This document shows positions 1 through 11,300 of a stretch of 64,000 nt of DNA, one piece after another. The position numbers and the translations under genes were made by a program. The stretch is from a virus: positions 1 to 64,000 of the IMG/VR virus record IMGVR_UViG_3300044675_005263; one strand, written 5' to 3'. Under the pieces are notes generated by a model. It was not told the origin of the DNA and searched no databases. It was given only the letters and a program-made list of their open reading frames with translations. Each line of letters opens with the position of its first letter. Positions within the stretch are counted from its first letter, which is position 1.

Positions 1-1102
1 CAAATGCCCTTGCTTCACTAAGATCCTTAGTTGCTTTTGTTAAATCTTTAGCTGCTTTAAATGCATCTACTTCAGCATTATTTTGAGCTTGACGAGCCTT
101 TATTAGGTTTTTTTCTGCTGATATTACGTTTTTGTTTCCGTCAATACCCTCTTTATTGGCTTGAGCGGTTTTCTTTCGTAAATCTCCATTTTTATCAATA
201 GCACGGCGAAGGTTAAGATCTGCTTCAGCAAAAGCAAGCTCAGCCTCACGGCGAGCACGAGAGTTAGGTGGAAGATCTTGAACACGTTGTAAAGATTCAC
301 GAGCTTTTTCAAACTCAAGGCGTGCTTTTTTCTCGGAAATAACTCCGCCTTCAAGCTCGAAGCGAAGTTGTTGAATAGCTTCTTTTGCTTCTTCACGAGC
401 TTCAGTTACTGCTTCTAACGCTTCAGCAGTTTCTTCAACCGAATCTTGATACGCACGCTCAGCGTTTTCTACACTACGTCTTGCATCCACTTCTGCGTCT
501 GCTGCAGATTCGATAGCATCTGCTGCAGCTTTTGTTCTTTTTTGAGTTTCTTTTACAGTTTCGTTATAATTATATTTTGCATCTTCAAGAGCTCTTGTTG
601 CTTGGGCTAAAGCTTTTTCTCTTTCTGCAGCACCTGCAGCTGATTCTCCCTGAGCTTTTAGTGCATCACCTACACCACTAAACACTGCCTTTAAAGTACC
701 TGCAATAGCTACAATTGTCCCTAGTATTCCAACTAATCCTAAGAATGCTGGAGCTACAGAAGCTGCAATTACTGCTGCAACGACACCTAAACCACCTATT
801 AAAGAACCTAGAACACCACTTACTGCGGTAATACCCACTGATAGTAGATATGCTGAAGCGTTTAAATCTAAAAATCTTTGTCTGGTTTTTTGAAGACCAG
901 CTATTGCTTTAGCGTCGTAAAATTTTCCAAATAATATTCTTCCATCAGATTGATTTTTAAATCCTCTAGAAAAAGCTTTACCTGCTTTAACACCAGCTCT
1001 GTCACCAGCTGAATCGGCATCGTTAAATGCTCTGTCAATATCTTTTTTAACACCATCGGTGATGGCTCTAACAATTATCTCTGCACTACCAACTACTGCC
1101 AC
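1..1102 (-). CDS. Tape measure protein, N-terminal part (runs off window)
   Basis: Not in ORF track. GTG start at 1102 behind GGAGG; reads MAVVGSAEIIVRAITDGVKKDI, then a hydrophobic Gly/Ala stretch and Ala/Glu/Lys coiled coil; follows the tail chaperone pair. Confidence 0.85.
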   Translation of the reverse strand, partial: MAVVGSAEIIVRAITDGVKKDIDRAFNDADSAGDRAGVKAGKAFSRGFKNQSDGRILFGKFYDAKAIAGLQKTRQRFLDLNASAYLLSVGITAVSGVLGSLIGGLGVVAAVIAASVAPAFLGLVGILGTIVAIAGTLKAVFSGVGDALKAQGESAAGAAEREKALAQATRALEDAKYNYNETVKETQKRTKAAADAIESAADAEVDARRSVENAERAYQDSVEETAEALEAVTEAREEAKEAIQQLRFELEGGVISEKKARLEFEKARESLQRVQDLPPNSRARREAELAFAEADLNLRRAIDKNGDLRKKTAQANKEGIDGNKNVISAEKNLIKARQAQNNAEVDAFKAAKDLTKATKDLSEARAF

Positions 1103-1130
1103 AAGCCATCACCTCCAATGCAAGTAAAAA

Positions 1131-1574
1131 CTAGTTGCCGATAGGGGCATCTAGTAGATCACCAAAGGGTTTTGGCGATTCTGGGTTGAAGTCTGTTGAG
1201 GGAAAATAAGACTTCGTAGGTTCCTTTAAAGGATCTACAGGGACTATCTCGTCTTCGTAGAATTCTCCACTAGAGTTTGCTGTCTGATAGTCTTTATTTT
1301 TTCTAGCTAAAGTATATTTTTGGTTATAGAGTGATGAATAGATCAACTCTCTAGCCTTATCTTTGGCCTCACTTTGCTCAGCAGTAGAAGAGCGAGAAAA
1401 ATCTTCTTCCATATAAAAATGCATAACATCTAACATGTCAGACATCTCTAACTCAGCCAATTTAAGTCCGTTCACTATAGCTTTTCCATTTACATACGGC
1501 CAGAGTTCTACTGCCCACTCAGAGATTGCTCTGGCCCCGACGTAGGGCGGCCTGAATACTCTTCCACTAGCCAA
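1131..1574 (-). CDS. Tail assembly chaperone, frameshift (gpT-like) portion
   Basis: Lies between chaperone and tape measure; overlaps the upstream ORF in the -1 frame; no convincing own RBS. Confidence 0.7.
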   Translation of the reverse strand: MASGRVFRPPYVGARAISEWAVELWPYVNGKAIVNGLKLAELEMSDMLDVMHFYMEEDFSRSSTAEQSEAKDKARELIYSSLYNQKYTLARKNKDYQTANSSGEFYEDEIVPVDPLKEPTKSYFPSTDFNPESPKPFGDLLDAPIGN

Positions 1575-1858
1575 GCAGTAATCTCTCCAAGAGATTCAAT
1601 AGTTACAATTTTATCTGAGGAATCTAGTAATACAAGAAATCTGTCGTAGCTTTCTTGAATCATAGCCTTAGAGAAAAAACTTGTAATTGTGTGGGAAACA
1701 TCTTCTGCTTCTCCACTTTTTGCATTAGAAACCATATCTAACAAGGCTTTTCCTTGAAGACTAGGCTTGCAATGAAACTCTTCTCCATGAAGTTTAAAAG
1801 ACAGTGGAGTTAGATTAACTTCTCCACCACTTCCAAAATCCTTAAATCGTGTTGTCAT
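1508..1858 (-). CDS. Tail assembly chaperone (gpG-like)
   Basis: 116 aa ending ...EYSGRPT..; position upstream of tape measure. Confidence 0.75.
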   Translation of the reverse strand: MTTRFKDFGSGGEVNLTPLSFKLHGEEFHCKPSLQGKALLDMVSNAKSGEAEDVSHTITSFFSKAMIQESYDRFLVLLDSSDKIVTIESLGEITAWLVEEYSGRPTSGPEQSLSGQ

Positions 1859-1895
1859 GTATTATTTCCTTTTCTGTCGTTGATTTGTTGCCTTA

Positions 1896-2288
1896 TTATT
1901 CTATCACTTTACGCATAGGGTCAGAAAGATACTTATTAGCCTTAGTACCTTTATTTATAACTTTATGAGCAAAGACTATTTTTCCTCTAGAGACAAAACG
2001 AAGAACTTTTGCATATCTAGGGGCTATTACTTGAGGACCTCGTCCTTCGTGGTGGATTAATGCATATCTCACGTCAGAACCAATCCACATTTGTTGACCC
2101 CTAGAATCTCTAAAATGTCTTTTATGTGCAATAGATCCTTGAAGTCTTCCTGTTTTATACCCCACTTGCTGCTTAGCTAATCTAATAATTTCATCACCTT
2201 GATTTTTTAAATATCTTCCTACATCGCCGTTAGTATCGTATAGAAGTCGTTGAATAGCTGGTTTAAAGTATTGAATTTTTACAGTCAT
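1896..2288 (-). CDS. HK97 gp10-like tail completion/neck protein
   Basis: KTGRLQGSI, YALIHHEG and GTKANKYL motifs. Confidence 0.75.
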   Translation of the reverse strand: MTVKIQYFKPAIQRLLYDTNGDVGRYLKNQGDEIIRLAKQQVGYKTGRLQGSIAHKRHFRDSRGQQMWIGSDVRYALIHHEGRGPQVIAPRYAKVLRFVSRGKIVFAHKVINKGTKANKYLSDPMRKVIE

Positions 2289-2797
2289 TATGGAACCGCC
2301 ACTGTAATAGTCATTGTAACTGTTTGAAAACCACCCTCTGGAGCATTTGTTTCAACAGTTGCAATAACACCTAGGCCAAACGAACCACCCGTAGCCCACT
2401 GGTCAAGAGCCCGTGAGCTATCTAAAAGAATCCATGCATCGTATGCAGAAATTTCGGAAAAAGCTTGAATATCATCTGCTGCTGGTGCTTTGCCGTTAGC
2501 AGAAACTGTAGGGACTTCTCTAGAAACAGAAACAATAAGTGTTGCGCTTCTCGGGTCATTACAGCGTCGTGGCTCAGTTGCTTCATCTCCTGGAGATCCG
2601 ATATACATTTGCAGCATAGAAACTACAACTTGCTCGCAGTCTACTGAAGGCTCTCCAAGAGTCCAATATCTACGACCTGGTAGCGGCATTGTGTATGATG
2701 CATATGTGCTAATGACGGAGTCAAGAACTCCCTGCATAAGAGCAGCTAGGTTTTTAGCTCCATCATCAACAGTTGCTGTATTAATAGGTGTAGGCAT
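2288..2797 (-). CDS. Putative tail terminator / head-tail connector
   Basis: Size, synteny, C-terminal PEGG motif. Confidence 0.5.
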   Translation of the reverse strand: MPTPINTATVDDGAKNLAALMQGVLDSVISTYASYTMPLPGRRYWTLGEPSVDCEQVVVSMLQMYIGSPGDEATEPRRCNDPRSATLIVSVSREVPTVSANGKAPAADDIQAFSEISAYDAWILLDSSRALDQWATGGSFGLGVIATVETNAPEGGFQTVTMTITVAVP

Positions 2798-2824
2798 ATG
2801 TCCTCTTGTCTTTAGGTTGTCGTA

Positions 2825-3958
2825 TTACACAGTATAGATTGGAATTGTTCTTTCCCCCAGCTGAACGATTACGTTGCTGGAGACAAGGTGAACAACTTCA
2901 TTCACCGCAGGATTAGCAAGACTTGGACGCACTGCATAAAGATCGAGTACACCTGGATCACGGGGACCAACAATGCTGTTGATTTGTGTAAATGTGGCAC
3001 TTACTCGGATTGTGTTTTCTACACGATCAATAACAGCAGCGTTAGGGATTTCTGTGGTTGTGTTGTTATTAATGTCTGATACCTCAGTAAGGATTGTCCA
3101 AGCGCTGTCTCCGTCTAGGAAGTCGGCAGCAATCTCTGAAAAATAATAAATGTTAGATGTTCCATCTGCGCCAACATAGAGATCGTTTGCGCTAAGAGGA
3201 TAAAGAGGTGATGCGCCAGTAATACGGCGAGCACGAGGAATATCTGGTGAAAATACTCGTGAACGAGCACGAGCCTTGTCTGGGTTAGCTGTCTTAAGAA
3301 ATAGATCGATAGCATAGATACCAGTGCGAAGTTCATCAATAAAGTCTTGGCTATCAAGAAGAGTGTAAGAAACTCCCTGACGAGATATAGAGGTCACACG
3401 TTGCGGTAGGGCGCAAGTATCGTCACCTTCATATAGTTTGACTAGCTCGGTGGCTAGAATGCGTGCAGCAGCCCTTCCAGCCGTTGGTGGAGGGCTTCCA
3501 TAGGTATATGTAACCTCTACACGAGAAGAGAACCAGTTGGCTCCTGATACGCCGATAAGGGTCGAGTGATCTGCAAGATAATACTTACTTGGGTCTACCA
3601 TTTCGCCGTCTAAATTTCTAACGGTGTGAATTTTTACAACTTTACGGCCACGAAGTCTTAGACGAGATGAAGCGGTTGTTCCATCTCCTTGATAATCTTT
3701 ATCATACCCATATCCCACATATGGAACGTTTTCTATTCTGCCATCAACAAGTACTGGAGAATAATTAAAATTTGAACCAGCAGTCCTTAGGTATGGATCA
3801 AAAGATGATACATAACGCTCTGTGACAGTTGTAATCCCTGTAAATTTACGGCCTGACATCCCCCAAAGAAGATAAGAAGCTGTCTTACAAGCATCATAGG
3901 CATAGTCAGAGTCAGCATGGTCGCCAAGCTCTTCTGGTGTTACCCATAGATTACTCAT
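2825..3958 (-). CDS. Head-to-tail adaptor with C-terminal extension
   Basis: ASYLLWGMSGR, VTYTYG-PP, CALPQRVTSISRQGVSY, TGIYAIDLFL motifs of actinophage adaptors. Confidence 0.75.
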   Translation of the reverse strand: MSNLWVTPEELGDHADSDYAYDACKTASYLLWGMSGRKFTGITTVTERYVSSFDPYLRTAGSNFNYSPVLVDGRIENVPYVGYGYDKDYQGDGTTASSRLRLRGRKVVKIHTVRNLDGEMVDPSKYYLADHSTLIGVSGANWFSSRVEVTYTYGSPPPTAGRAAARILATELVKLYEGDDTCALPQRVTSISRQGVSYTLLDSQDFIDELRTGIYAIDLFLKTANPDKARARSRVFSPDIPRARRITGASPLYPLSANDLYVGADGTSNIYYFSEIAADFLDGDSAWTILTEVSDINNNTTTEIPNAAVIDRVENTIRVSATFTQINSIVGPRDPGVLDLYAVRPSLANPAVNEVVHLVSSNVIVQLGERTIPIYTV

Positions 3959-3980
3959 AAGTTCTTCCCGTCTCTAATAG

Positions 3981-4031
3981 AAAAAGCGGGCAACGTTTCA
4001 ACGGTATATACCATCGGTACGCTGCCCGCCT
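3981..4031 (-). terminator. Intrinsic terminator after major tail gene
   Basis: GCGGGCAGCGT...ACGTTGCCCGC stem followed by T5 on minus strand. Confidence 0.7.
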
Positions 4032-4043
4032 CCTCTTATTTAA

Positions 4044-5090
4044 TTACGCTGATGGATCCTCAGTTGACGCAATAATGTAGTCAATTGGTAGATCTGCATT
4101 GTATTCTTCGTTACCTGGAACGTTAAATGCAGTTGTTGATCCTTGTGAGGCAAAGTCTGAAACCGATAGATATCCACGGTTACGAAGAACTGTACCTGTT
4201 GGTGAAACTGCTGTAGATGCAACATCTGTTGCAGTCTTTGCATAGCGGAATGATGTTGTTGTTGGAACTGCAGTGATTGTGTAAGTACCATTGAAGGTGC
4301 TATCCACGCCAGCTACAGTCACGCTCTGACCTGCTAGGAAGCCGTGTGCGGTTCCTGTTGTCAAAGTAGCAATATTTGATGTTAGAGCCTTGTTTGAAAC
4401 AGTATTAGTTGCTTCATCAAACCATTGGTAGAAGCCCTTAAGACCTGTTGGAGCCCATGATGCACGAGCATATGAATATGAACGCTCAGAAGCTACTGGA
4501 TACTCCCAGCGGCCATCAAGACCTGAACCGAATGAGATGTTTCCAAGGCCATAGCCTTCGAATGTTGTTGCAAGCATACCGTTTTCAATTACACGGTCAC
4601 CTGACTGACGTAGCTTGACGTATGGGAATACCCAGTGGAAGTAAGGGTTTGTTGCTGCACGACGTCCGTCTGCAACAGCAAATGACCAAACTTCTAGTGC
4701 CACGCCGTTACCTGTTGGGTCATCGCCAACAGATGGTGCAGCCCAACCAACAGACTTGTTGTTTGGTGATGCGAAAGAACCAAAGTTCTTACGAAGCAAC
4801 AAACCGCCTGAGATTAGCTGTGAAAGTTCTGTATCTGGTTCGCAAATTGCGAGTTCCATTGTAATGCGCTTGAGAGTGTCAGGGGCTTTGTATGACACGC
4901 ATACTGTGCCGTCAGCTGACTTCTCAACAATTTCGTCACCCTCTTCATATTCAGGTGTAAAAGACGTGCGGAGGAACGCCGAAGTTGTGTAGCTGTCTCC
5001 TGCTCCATTGAGCAGATTGCCAGCGGCGTCCAGTCTGGTGACTCGGATCGACACACCTTGGACGCTAGCCGCATATTCTTGAGTGGCCAT
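4044..5090 (-). CDS. Major tail protein with C-terminal beta-rich accessory domain
   Basis: IRVTRLDAAG, EYEEGDEIVEKSADGTVC, VALEVWS, YFHWVFP; C-terminal AHGFLAGQSVTVAG..FNGTYTIT module. Confidence 0.8.
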   Translation of the reverse strand: MATQEYAASVQGVSIRVTRLDAAGNLLNGAGDSYTTSAFLRTSFTPEYEEGDEIVEKSADGTVCVSYKAPDTLKRITMELAICEPDTELSQLISGGLLLRKNFGSFASPNNKSVGWAAPSVGDDPTGNGVALEVWSFAVADGRRAATNPYFHWVFPYVKLRQSGDRVIENGMLATTFEGYGLGNISFGSGLDGRWEYPVASERSYSYARASWAPTGLKGFYQWFDEATNTVSNKALTSNIATLTTGTAHGFLAGQSVTVAGVDSTFNGTYTITAVPTTTSFRYAKTATDVASTAVSPTGTVLRNRGYLSVSDFASQGSTTAFNVPGNEEYNADLPIDYIIASTEDPSA

Positions 5091-5118
5091 TCCAGTGTTC
5101 TCCTTCTATTGGTTTTGC

Positions 5119-6000
5119 TTAGGTGGTTGGTAGTGCTAGTCGTACTGTGTAATGAATCGATGGATCAAAGTATACCGCAGCTGCACGAACGGCTTTGACT
5201 GTAAGGTCATTAGTGTTTGTGCTAACTGTGAAGCCTTGTCCAAGGTTTTCGTTTACAACTTCAGGCTTGCTTAGATGTACGTCAATAGGTCCAGTTGCGA
5301 ACATCCACTTGTTTGAAGCAGATGCAGTGGTGTTTGAATCGCCAATGCGACCAGCACCTGTGTAACCAGAACCAATAACTACCTCTGTACCTAAACGAGT
5401 CATAGCCTTGCCTGTTTTTCCGCCATCTGCTGGTGAGTAGATAAGGCGTGATCCGAGGATCGACGCAACATCACGAGTCATATGGATGACTCCATTGATA
5501 CCTGCAGGTGAACTAGAAATCGCTTGTTCCAACAGCATCAAAGCTGTTGCTGGAGCGAGAGCACCGCTGTTAACAACGGTTGCTGCTCCTGATTCTCTTA
5601 AAAAGTCATTCCCATTAGTTTCGGCTAGTGCTGCAACGCCTTCCCAAAGCTCGAGCTCTACTGCCTTCTGTGTTACTACATCTAGTTGAGCAAGTGCAAC
5701 TTTGAAGCGATCTTCTCCAGTTAGACCAAACGCTGAGCGAGTATCTGTTACTTGGATAAAGAAAGGATCGTATTCCTTGAACTGAGGAAGTGTTGAGGTT
5801 CCAACTGTTCCACCAGTAACTGTTGCATCATTTACTGTAAAAATTTCAACTTCTGGCTGAGAGTCAAATTCGTAGCTAAAACCACGAACCCAACGCTCAT
5901 CGTAGTCTGCGCCACCGTGTGACATTACACGAGCGACACTCAGAAGGCCACAAGGGGCAGGGGTCAAATCTGGTGCTGGATAAATTCCTCTAAACGCCAT
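5119..6000 (-). CDS. Second capsid protein (major capsid pentamer-type)
   Basis: PAP..GLLSVA..RWVRG N-terminus, T.LGT.VV.G.GY; directly after the large capsid gene, as in mycobacteriophage cluster B-like heads. Confidence 0.65.
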   Translation of the reverse strand: MAFRGIYPAPDLTPAPCGLLSVARVMSHGGADYDERWVRGFSYEFDSQPEVEIFTVNDATVTGGTVGTSTLPQFKEYDPFFIQVTDTRSAFGLTGEDRFKVALAQLDVVTQKAVELELWEGVAALAETNGNDFLRESGAATVVNSGALAPATALMLLEQAISSSPAGINGVIHMTRDVASILGSRLIYSPADGGKTGKAMTRLGTEVVIGSGYTGAGRIGDSNTTASASNKWMFATGPIDVHLSKPEVVNENLGQGFTVSTNTNDLTVKAVRAAAVYFDPSIHYTVRLALPTT

Positions 6001-6069
6001 TTTCGATCTTCCTCTTTCTTCTGAGTGTCTGCTCGGGTAATTAACTACTAAGGGTTATTCGTGTACGGT

Positions 6070-8142
6070 TTAGTACTCGATAGCCGCAGCTGTTGCGCCA
6101 CCTGTTGTGTCACGGAGAGCTGCTGCTACACCGTTCACTGAGATGGTTGATGTGACCTTGAGTGATTCAACGCCAATCTTTGCAACACCTTCGAAGGTTT
6201 CAACGAACATCTTGTAGTCGTTTGTACCAACGAGGGTTGAGTCACGGATAACACCAAGATCCAATGTACCGCCATCTAGGAACAAGAATGTTCCTTCAGC
6301 GAACATGTACCAAACGAATGTATCAGCAAACTCGTTAAGTGCTGCTGCACTCTGAGCGTCTGTGAAATCATCGATGTGGTATGTGATGTTGATGTTGCGT
6401 GAAGCAATGAAGCCATCAATCTCTGATGCAGCGTTAAGAGTTGCATCGCCTGGCATCTGTAGAGCTAGATCTGCAACCATAGCGTCCTTGATCCAAGCTG
6501 GAGCAATAACACGAAGTGGTGCATCTGCCTCTAGACGGTGACGTCCACGGTAGTTAGCTGCTGCACGACCAAGTGTTACAAGGAAGTCACGAGCTACACC
6601 GATTAGAGATGTTGAAGTTACAGCAGTTGACAAAGCTGTCAAACGTGTAAGGATTTGGCCTTCTGCCTCACGAGCATGCTGGATTAGACCAAGCTCGTTG
6701 TGACGAGCGATCAATTCAGGATATGCACGAGACATCAAGTTACCGAACTGTAGTTGCAATGTAACTGCATCTGTTGCGACTGTTAGCTCTGAAGCTGCTG
6801 AAACAGTTAGGCTCAACTTTGAAGCTGGGCTTGGTGTTTCTGCTGAATCGTTTGCTGCAGTCCAGATACCAACAGCGTTAGCGTATGAGCTAAGTACTGG
6901 TGGAGTTACGAAGCGGATACCGCCACGGTCTGCTTGGAATCGAGGAAGTGCGTCACGAAGTGGACGGGCAGTTGTGCCAAGTCCAAAGATGTCGTACTTA
7001 ACTTCGAATGGTGCTGAGTGGCCACCTGAAGCAACAAGTGCTTCTGGACCAGTTACAGCTTGTACTTTTGCCCAGTTTGATTCTGCATCCTGTGTAAGGG
7101 TGCGGCCTTCTGGGTATTGTGTGGTGATAGAAGCAACAATGTGTTGTTCTCCATCTCCACCATTAACACGACGAAGAGCGTGTAGACGCTTCTCCATCGC
7201 TACTGAAACGTCGGACATTGAGTCCATTGAGCTTCCAGCCGTATATCCAGGAATGTCTGCGCCCGCTGTGATCGCCACAGCTGCGGCAGAAGTCTCTGTG
7301 ATAGGACGACGATCAGCCGGGACCTCAATATTGAGGTTGTCTGCATTTGCAGCGGCGGTCACGGGTGCCTCCATAATTTCTTGAGTCATTGACTCAGTTT
7401 GGGTTTCTTGGGTTACTACTGATGCTTCTGCACCATCAGCAACATCAGCAACTGCTGCTGCATCATCTGAAGCTACTGCTTCATCTGCTACAACTGCTTC
7501 TGCTTCTACTGCTTCTGCTACTGGAGCCTCTTCTACTACCTCTGCAACTGCTTCTGGCTCTGAGCCATCTGCAACTACAGCATCCTCAGCTACGGCTGTA
7601 ACTTCGGTAAGATTTGATTCTGTTGAGAACTCTGCGGTCTTATCCGCTTCGGTTGACGCTTCAGACATTTTTTCCTCTTCCTTTTTCTTTTCCTCGTCCA
7701 TCGCTTCTGATGGTGCTTCTTCTTCTGCTGGCATTTCTTCTGCTACAGGAGCTTCGGCTGCGGGAACTTCCTCTGAAGGCATATCTGCTGGCTTCTCTTC
7801 TTCAACTGGCATTTCTGCCATTGCTTCAGTTTCTGCTGGCATTTCTTCCTTCTTATCTTCGGAATCGGATTCCATATCCTTTTCACCGTCATTGCCATGT
7901 ACACGAGAAGCTGCCTCGGCTGCTCGTTGTGCGAGCTCCTGTGCTGCTGCCTCACGTCGCTTGAATTCACCACGAACGGTGTCAAGCATGTCGGCTAATG
8001 ACGACATTGCGTCAACTGTCTGGGGAGTTGGATCTTCTTTCTCAACGGACTCAAATTCCTTGATGATCTTGTTTTGCAGGTCGGTAACTTGATCGCTATC
8101 GAGATCTGCTAACTGGTCCATCATGTCTTTGATTTGGTCCAT
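6070..8142 (-). CDS. Major capsid protein (hexamer-type) with acidic N-terminal scaffold
   Basis: E/A-rich N-terminal half; ALVASGGHSAP..YD, LPRFQADRGGI, GTLDLGVIRDSTL..NDYKMFVETFEG. Confidence 0.85.
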   Translation of the reverse strand: MDQIKDMMDQLADLDSDQVTDLQNKIIKEFESVEKEDPTPQTVDAMSSLADMLDTVRGEFKRREAAAQELAQRAAEAASRVHGNDGEKDMESDSEDKKEEMPAETEAMAEMPVEEEKPADMPSEEVPAAEAPVAEEMPAEEEAPSEAMDEEKKKEEEKMSEASTEADKTAEFSTESNLTEVTAVAEDAVVADGSEPEAVAEVVEEAPVAEAVEAEAVVADEAVASDDAAAVADVADGAEASVVTQETQTESMTQEIMEAPVTAAANADNLNIEVPADRRPITETSAAAVAITAGADIPGYTAGSSMDSMSDVSVAMEKRLHALRRVNGGDGEQHIVASITTQYPEGRTLTQDAESNWAKVQAVTGPEALVASGGHSAPFEVKYDIFGLGTTARPLRDALPRFQADRGGIRFVTPPVLSSYANAVGIWTAANDSAETPSPASKLSLTVSAASELTVATDAVTLQLQFGNLMSRAYPELIARHNELGLIQHAREAEGQILTRLTALSTAVTSTSLIGVARDFLVTLGRAAANYRGRHRLEADAPLRVIAPAWIKDAMVADLALQMPGDATLNAASEIDGFIASRNINITYHIDDFTDAQSAAALNEFADTFVWYMFAEGTFLFLDGGTLDLGVIRDSTLVGTNDYKMFVETFEGVAKIGVESLKVTSTISVNGVAAALRDTTGGATAAAIEY

Positions 8143-8270
8143 TACTGTCCCTCCTCCGGGTCAGTTGCGACAGGTACGAATAACCTGTCTCGCTTATCAG
8201 TCAAAGGCCGAGGGACTCACAGACGCATTAGATGCGTGGAGGCACTCCACCTAGTTATATATTACATTAC
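8143..8270 (-). promoter_or_regulatory. Putative promoter and structured leader of capsid gene
   Basis: TGTAATATAACT -10-like element; GTCCCTC (8210-8216) can pair with the SD region GAGGGAC (8147-8153). Confidence 0.5.
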
Positions 8271-8305
8271 TTCTTATTTAGTTATTTGTACGGTTTTTGA
8301 TCAAC

Positions 8306-11300
8306 TTAGGTAAGTAACCTAAGAAGCTTTGCCATCTGGGATGAGATCTCTGATTGGTTGTAGAGCTCACTTCCTGAGATGAATTGTTTTAGTTCAGCAG
8401 TAGCAATATCAGCATCTTCCTTGCCAATCTTTGCTTCTACCTTCGTGATCATATCTTCCATAAGGTCACGAAGTGCTGGGGGAACATCTGAGAAGCGAAT
8501 CTTCTGTGCTTCCTCGCCGAATGCGAATGGTAGGTTAGCAATAACCTTTCCAAGCTCACCAGCGCTATTACGGACGTTTTCTAAAGATTCAGCATTTAGC
8601 GCTCCAGAGTCCAATCGGTCAATAATTCCGATCAAATCTGTGGCTGCTTTGGCTGCTCCAGCGTAATCGCCAGTGCTATCAAAGTTTTCTGCTTCTTTAA
8701 CCTTATCCAAGACATTCTGCAAACCAGAGGTTCCAAGGTCTTGCTTGATACGGGCTAAAACTGTTCTAAATTTTCCTGTTGCATCACGAGGTTGGGTTTC
8801 AGCGGTGTACTTGACACGGCCATCAGCATCTCTCTCTGGAGGTGCTTCACCATCTGTGGCTCTACCCTCTTCACGAGCCTTGGCTTCTTCCTTCAAAGCT
8901 TGAATTTCTTCAGGGCTTAAGTCCACAATTTCATCTGTAATTTGCTCTGCAAAAAGTGCTTCAGAATTGGTTGCAAACTCTGCTCCAAGGCGAGTTCCGA
9001 ACTCTTCAGTACGAGCCTTCATTGAGGCAACAATCTCGTCAAGGTTAGAAGCAGCACCCTTCCAGTTTTCTGGAATTAGTTCTTCCTTACCAAGACCAAT
9101 AGCACGCTTCATAATGTGGCGCTTTACTTTGCCACGGTTTCCTGGCTTAGCACGACCATAAGCACGAATAGCATTTCTTAAATCTCCAGCATTCCTGATT
9201 GGAAATGAACCATCGTTTAGAGCCTTGCCTTCCTTAGCTAAGCGTTCACGAACTCGGCGAGAGATAACTGCCATTTCATTTTCTGGGTCATCATCCAGCA
9301 TCTGGATCATGTAGTCAACATCTTGATCTGCATCTTCTTTAACTTTTTTAACTTTTGCAGCAAGCTCTAACTTCTTAGCAGCGAGAACTTCCATGCGGTT
9401 TGTTTCAAAGCGAGCACGGACATCATTAGCAGAAGCAACTAGCGCCATCTTCTTATCGCCTTCAAGATCAGCAATACGAGCATTGAGTTCTGCAAGTGGG
9501 TCGCTCTTTAGCATTGCAAGAGTGCTTGCACCTGCTGCAACCAAAGCCATTACTTGACCTGATGCAACACGGGCACGAGCGATTGGGAATCCTGGAACAT
9601 TTACCTGACATACGGCAACTAGTTCTAGGGAATTTTTAATTGGGCGCCAGTCACCAGAAGGTGCTGATGCACGAAGTGCACGAATTTGTTCTGGGCTAGA
9701 TCCCGGACGAACTGAGCCAGCGACCCAGATTCCGTAAGCATCTTCACCAGCATGAACGTCTGCAATTGCAGATGCAGTATCGTCATAATGACGTACTGCC
9801 TCTGCTGCAGATGCTTCGAGACCAGCATGTCCGCCCGCAAGAGTTAATTGACCAACTGGAACATCAGTTCCATTGTCAGTACGAACTACTCCAGTATGGA
9901 AGTAGGCATATTTGCTACGGCTACGAGGAGGTTTAGTTCCTGCTGTCATACCAATGTGGTCGACGTGCCATGCAGCAATGTGTCCGAATACTCGGCCATC
10001 ATCATCTACAGTAAGAGGTGTAGGTCCCTTAAGTTGTGGGTCGTTAAACCACTCTGTTGGTGGGTTTACTGGAATTGCTCCAGCAATCATTCCACAAGCA
10101 ACTAGAGCCGAAGCTTCCAGAGCATTGACTCCCTCGACGTAAACTCCGTCAGGAATATTCACTTCATCCTCCTCAACGCTAGCCTGATCAGCTAACTGAA
10201 TTGTGCACTCTTGGAAAGCAGGTTTAGGCACGATAGTCACAGCCATGACTCGTGCTTTTGTTATAGTAATTTTACCTGCTTCTACCTTAGTGTCAGATCC
10301 GTTTTCGTCCTCTTTGCGCTCATCATCAGCCTCAAACTGATCTAGGTCAGCTGATACTCCTCTGATGAATCCACCTCGAACTAAACGCTCTGCTTCTTTA
10401 CCATACTCGCCAGTATCGAAGTGCCCACGAGCATTTCCAATACCGTCGTCAGTTCTTTCCATAGATACAATCTGACCAACTACGACAGAACCGTCATGTC
10501 CTTCGCCTGTTTTAATCTGCCATAGAAGAGGTAGAGGAAGTTCTCTCATATCGAGAGCACCCTTTCTCATAATTCTTCCGTCGCCAGACTCCATACCTTC
10601 TGGAATAACAAGAGGGATTACAAACTCTGCCCCCTGAGTTTTTGCAGTCTCGCTGGTCTCGTAAGCTCCAGCGATTAGGACTCTTGACCTAGCATCTGCT
10701 GCTTTTGCCTTCATTGCAAAAGTGCTCAGAAGTTGGTCATATGAATGCATTGTATTGACAGAAAAATTAGAAGTCTCTTGGTTTTTACGATCTCCTGGCC
10801 AGTAGCCATTCATCTCTTTGTGACGGAGGGCGCAATAACCCTTGGCACGAGGACCCATGTATTTAGCAAGTTGCTTGTAGCAACGAGTCCAGTCTCCTGG
10901 AGTTCTCCAACGAATCTTGGCTGCACCTTTGCCATAAGTCCAATAACGACGAAGCTTTTCTGCTTGTCCACGATTTCGGTCTGCGCCACCAGCAGCAGTA
11001 ACTGCTTTCTTTCCATCTACCTGCTCTAGAACATCAACGAGATTTGTGTCGTCTAGAACGACTACTGGAGGTGGTGTTGCGCTACGAAGATCTGAAAGAA
11101 TCTGTGGTTCTGGAATCCACTTACCATCTTTACGAGTAAAGGTTGTTGGCTCAGTTGAAGAGTCAGTTGTTGGTACTAAAGCAACTAAATCCATCACTGC
11201 TTGTGGGTCATCTGGAGAAACGACTGCCATGTGAATAACTGGAACATCAGATGTCATTGGTGTTACCTGCACTGGTTTTTCAGCTGAAGCTTTTAGAGGA

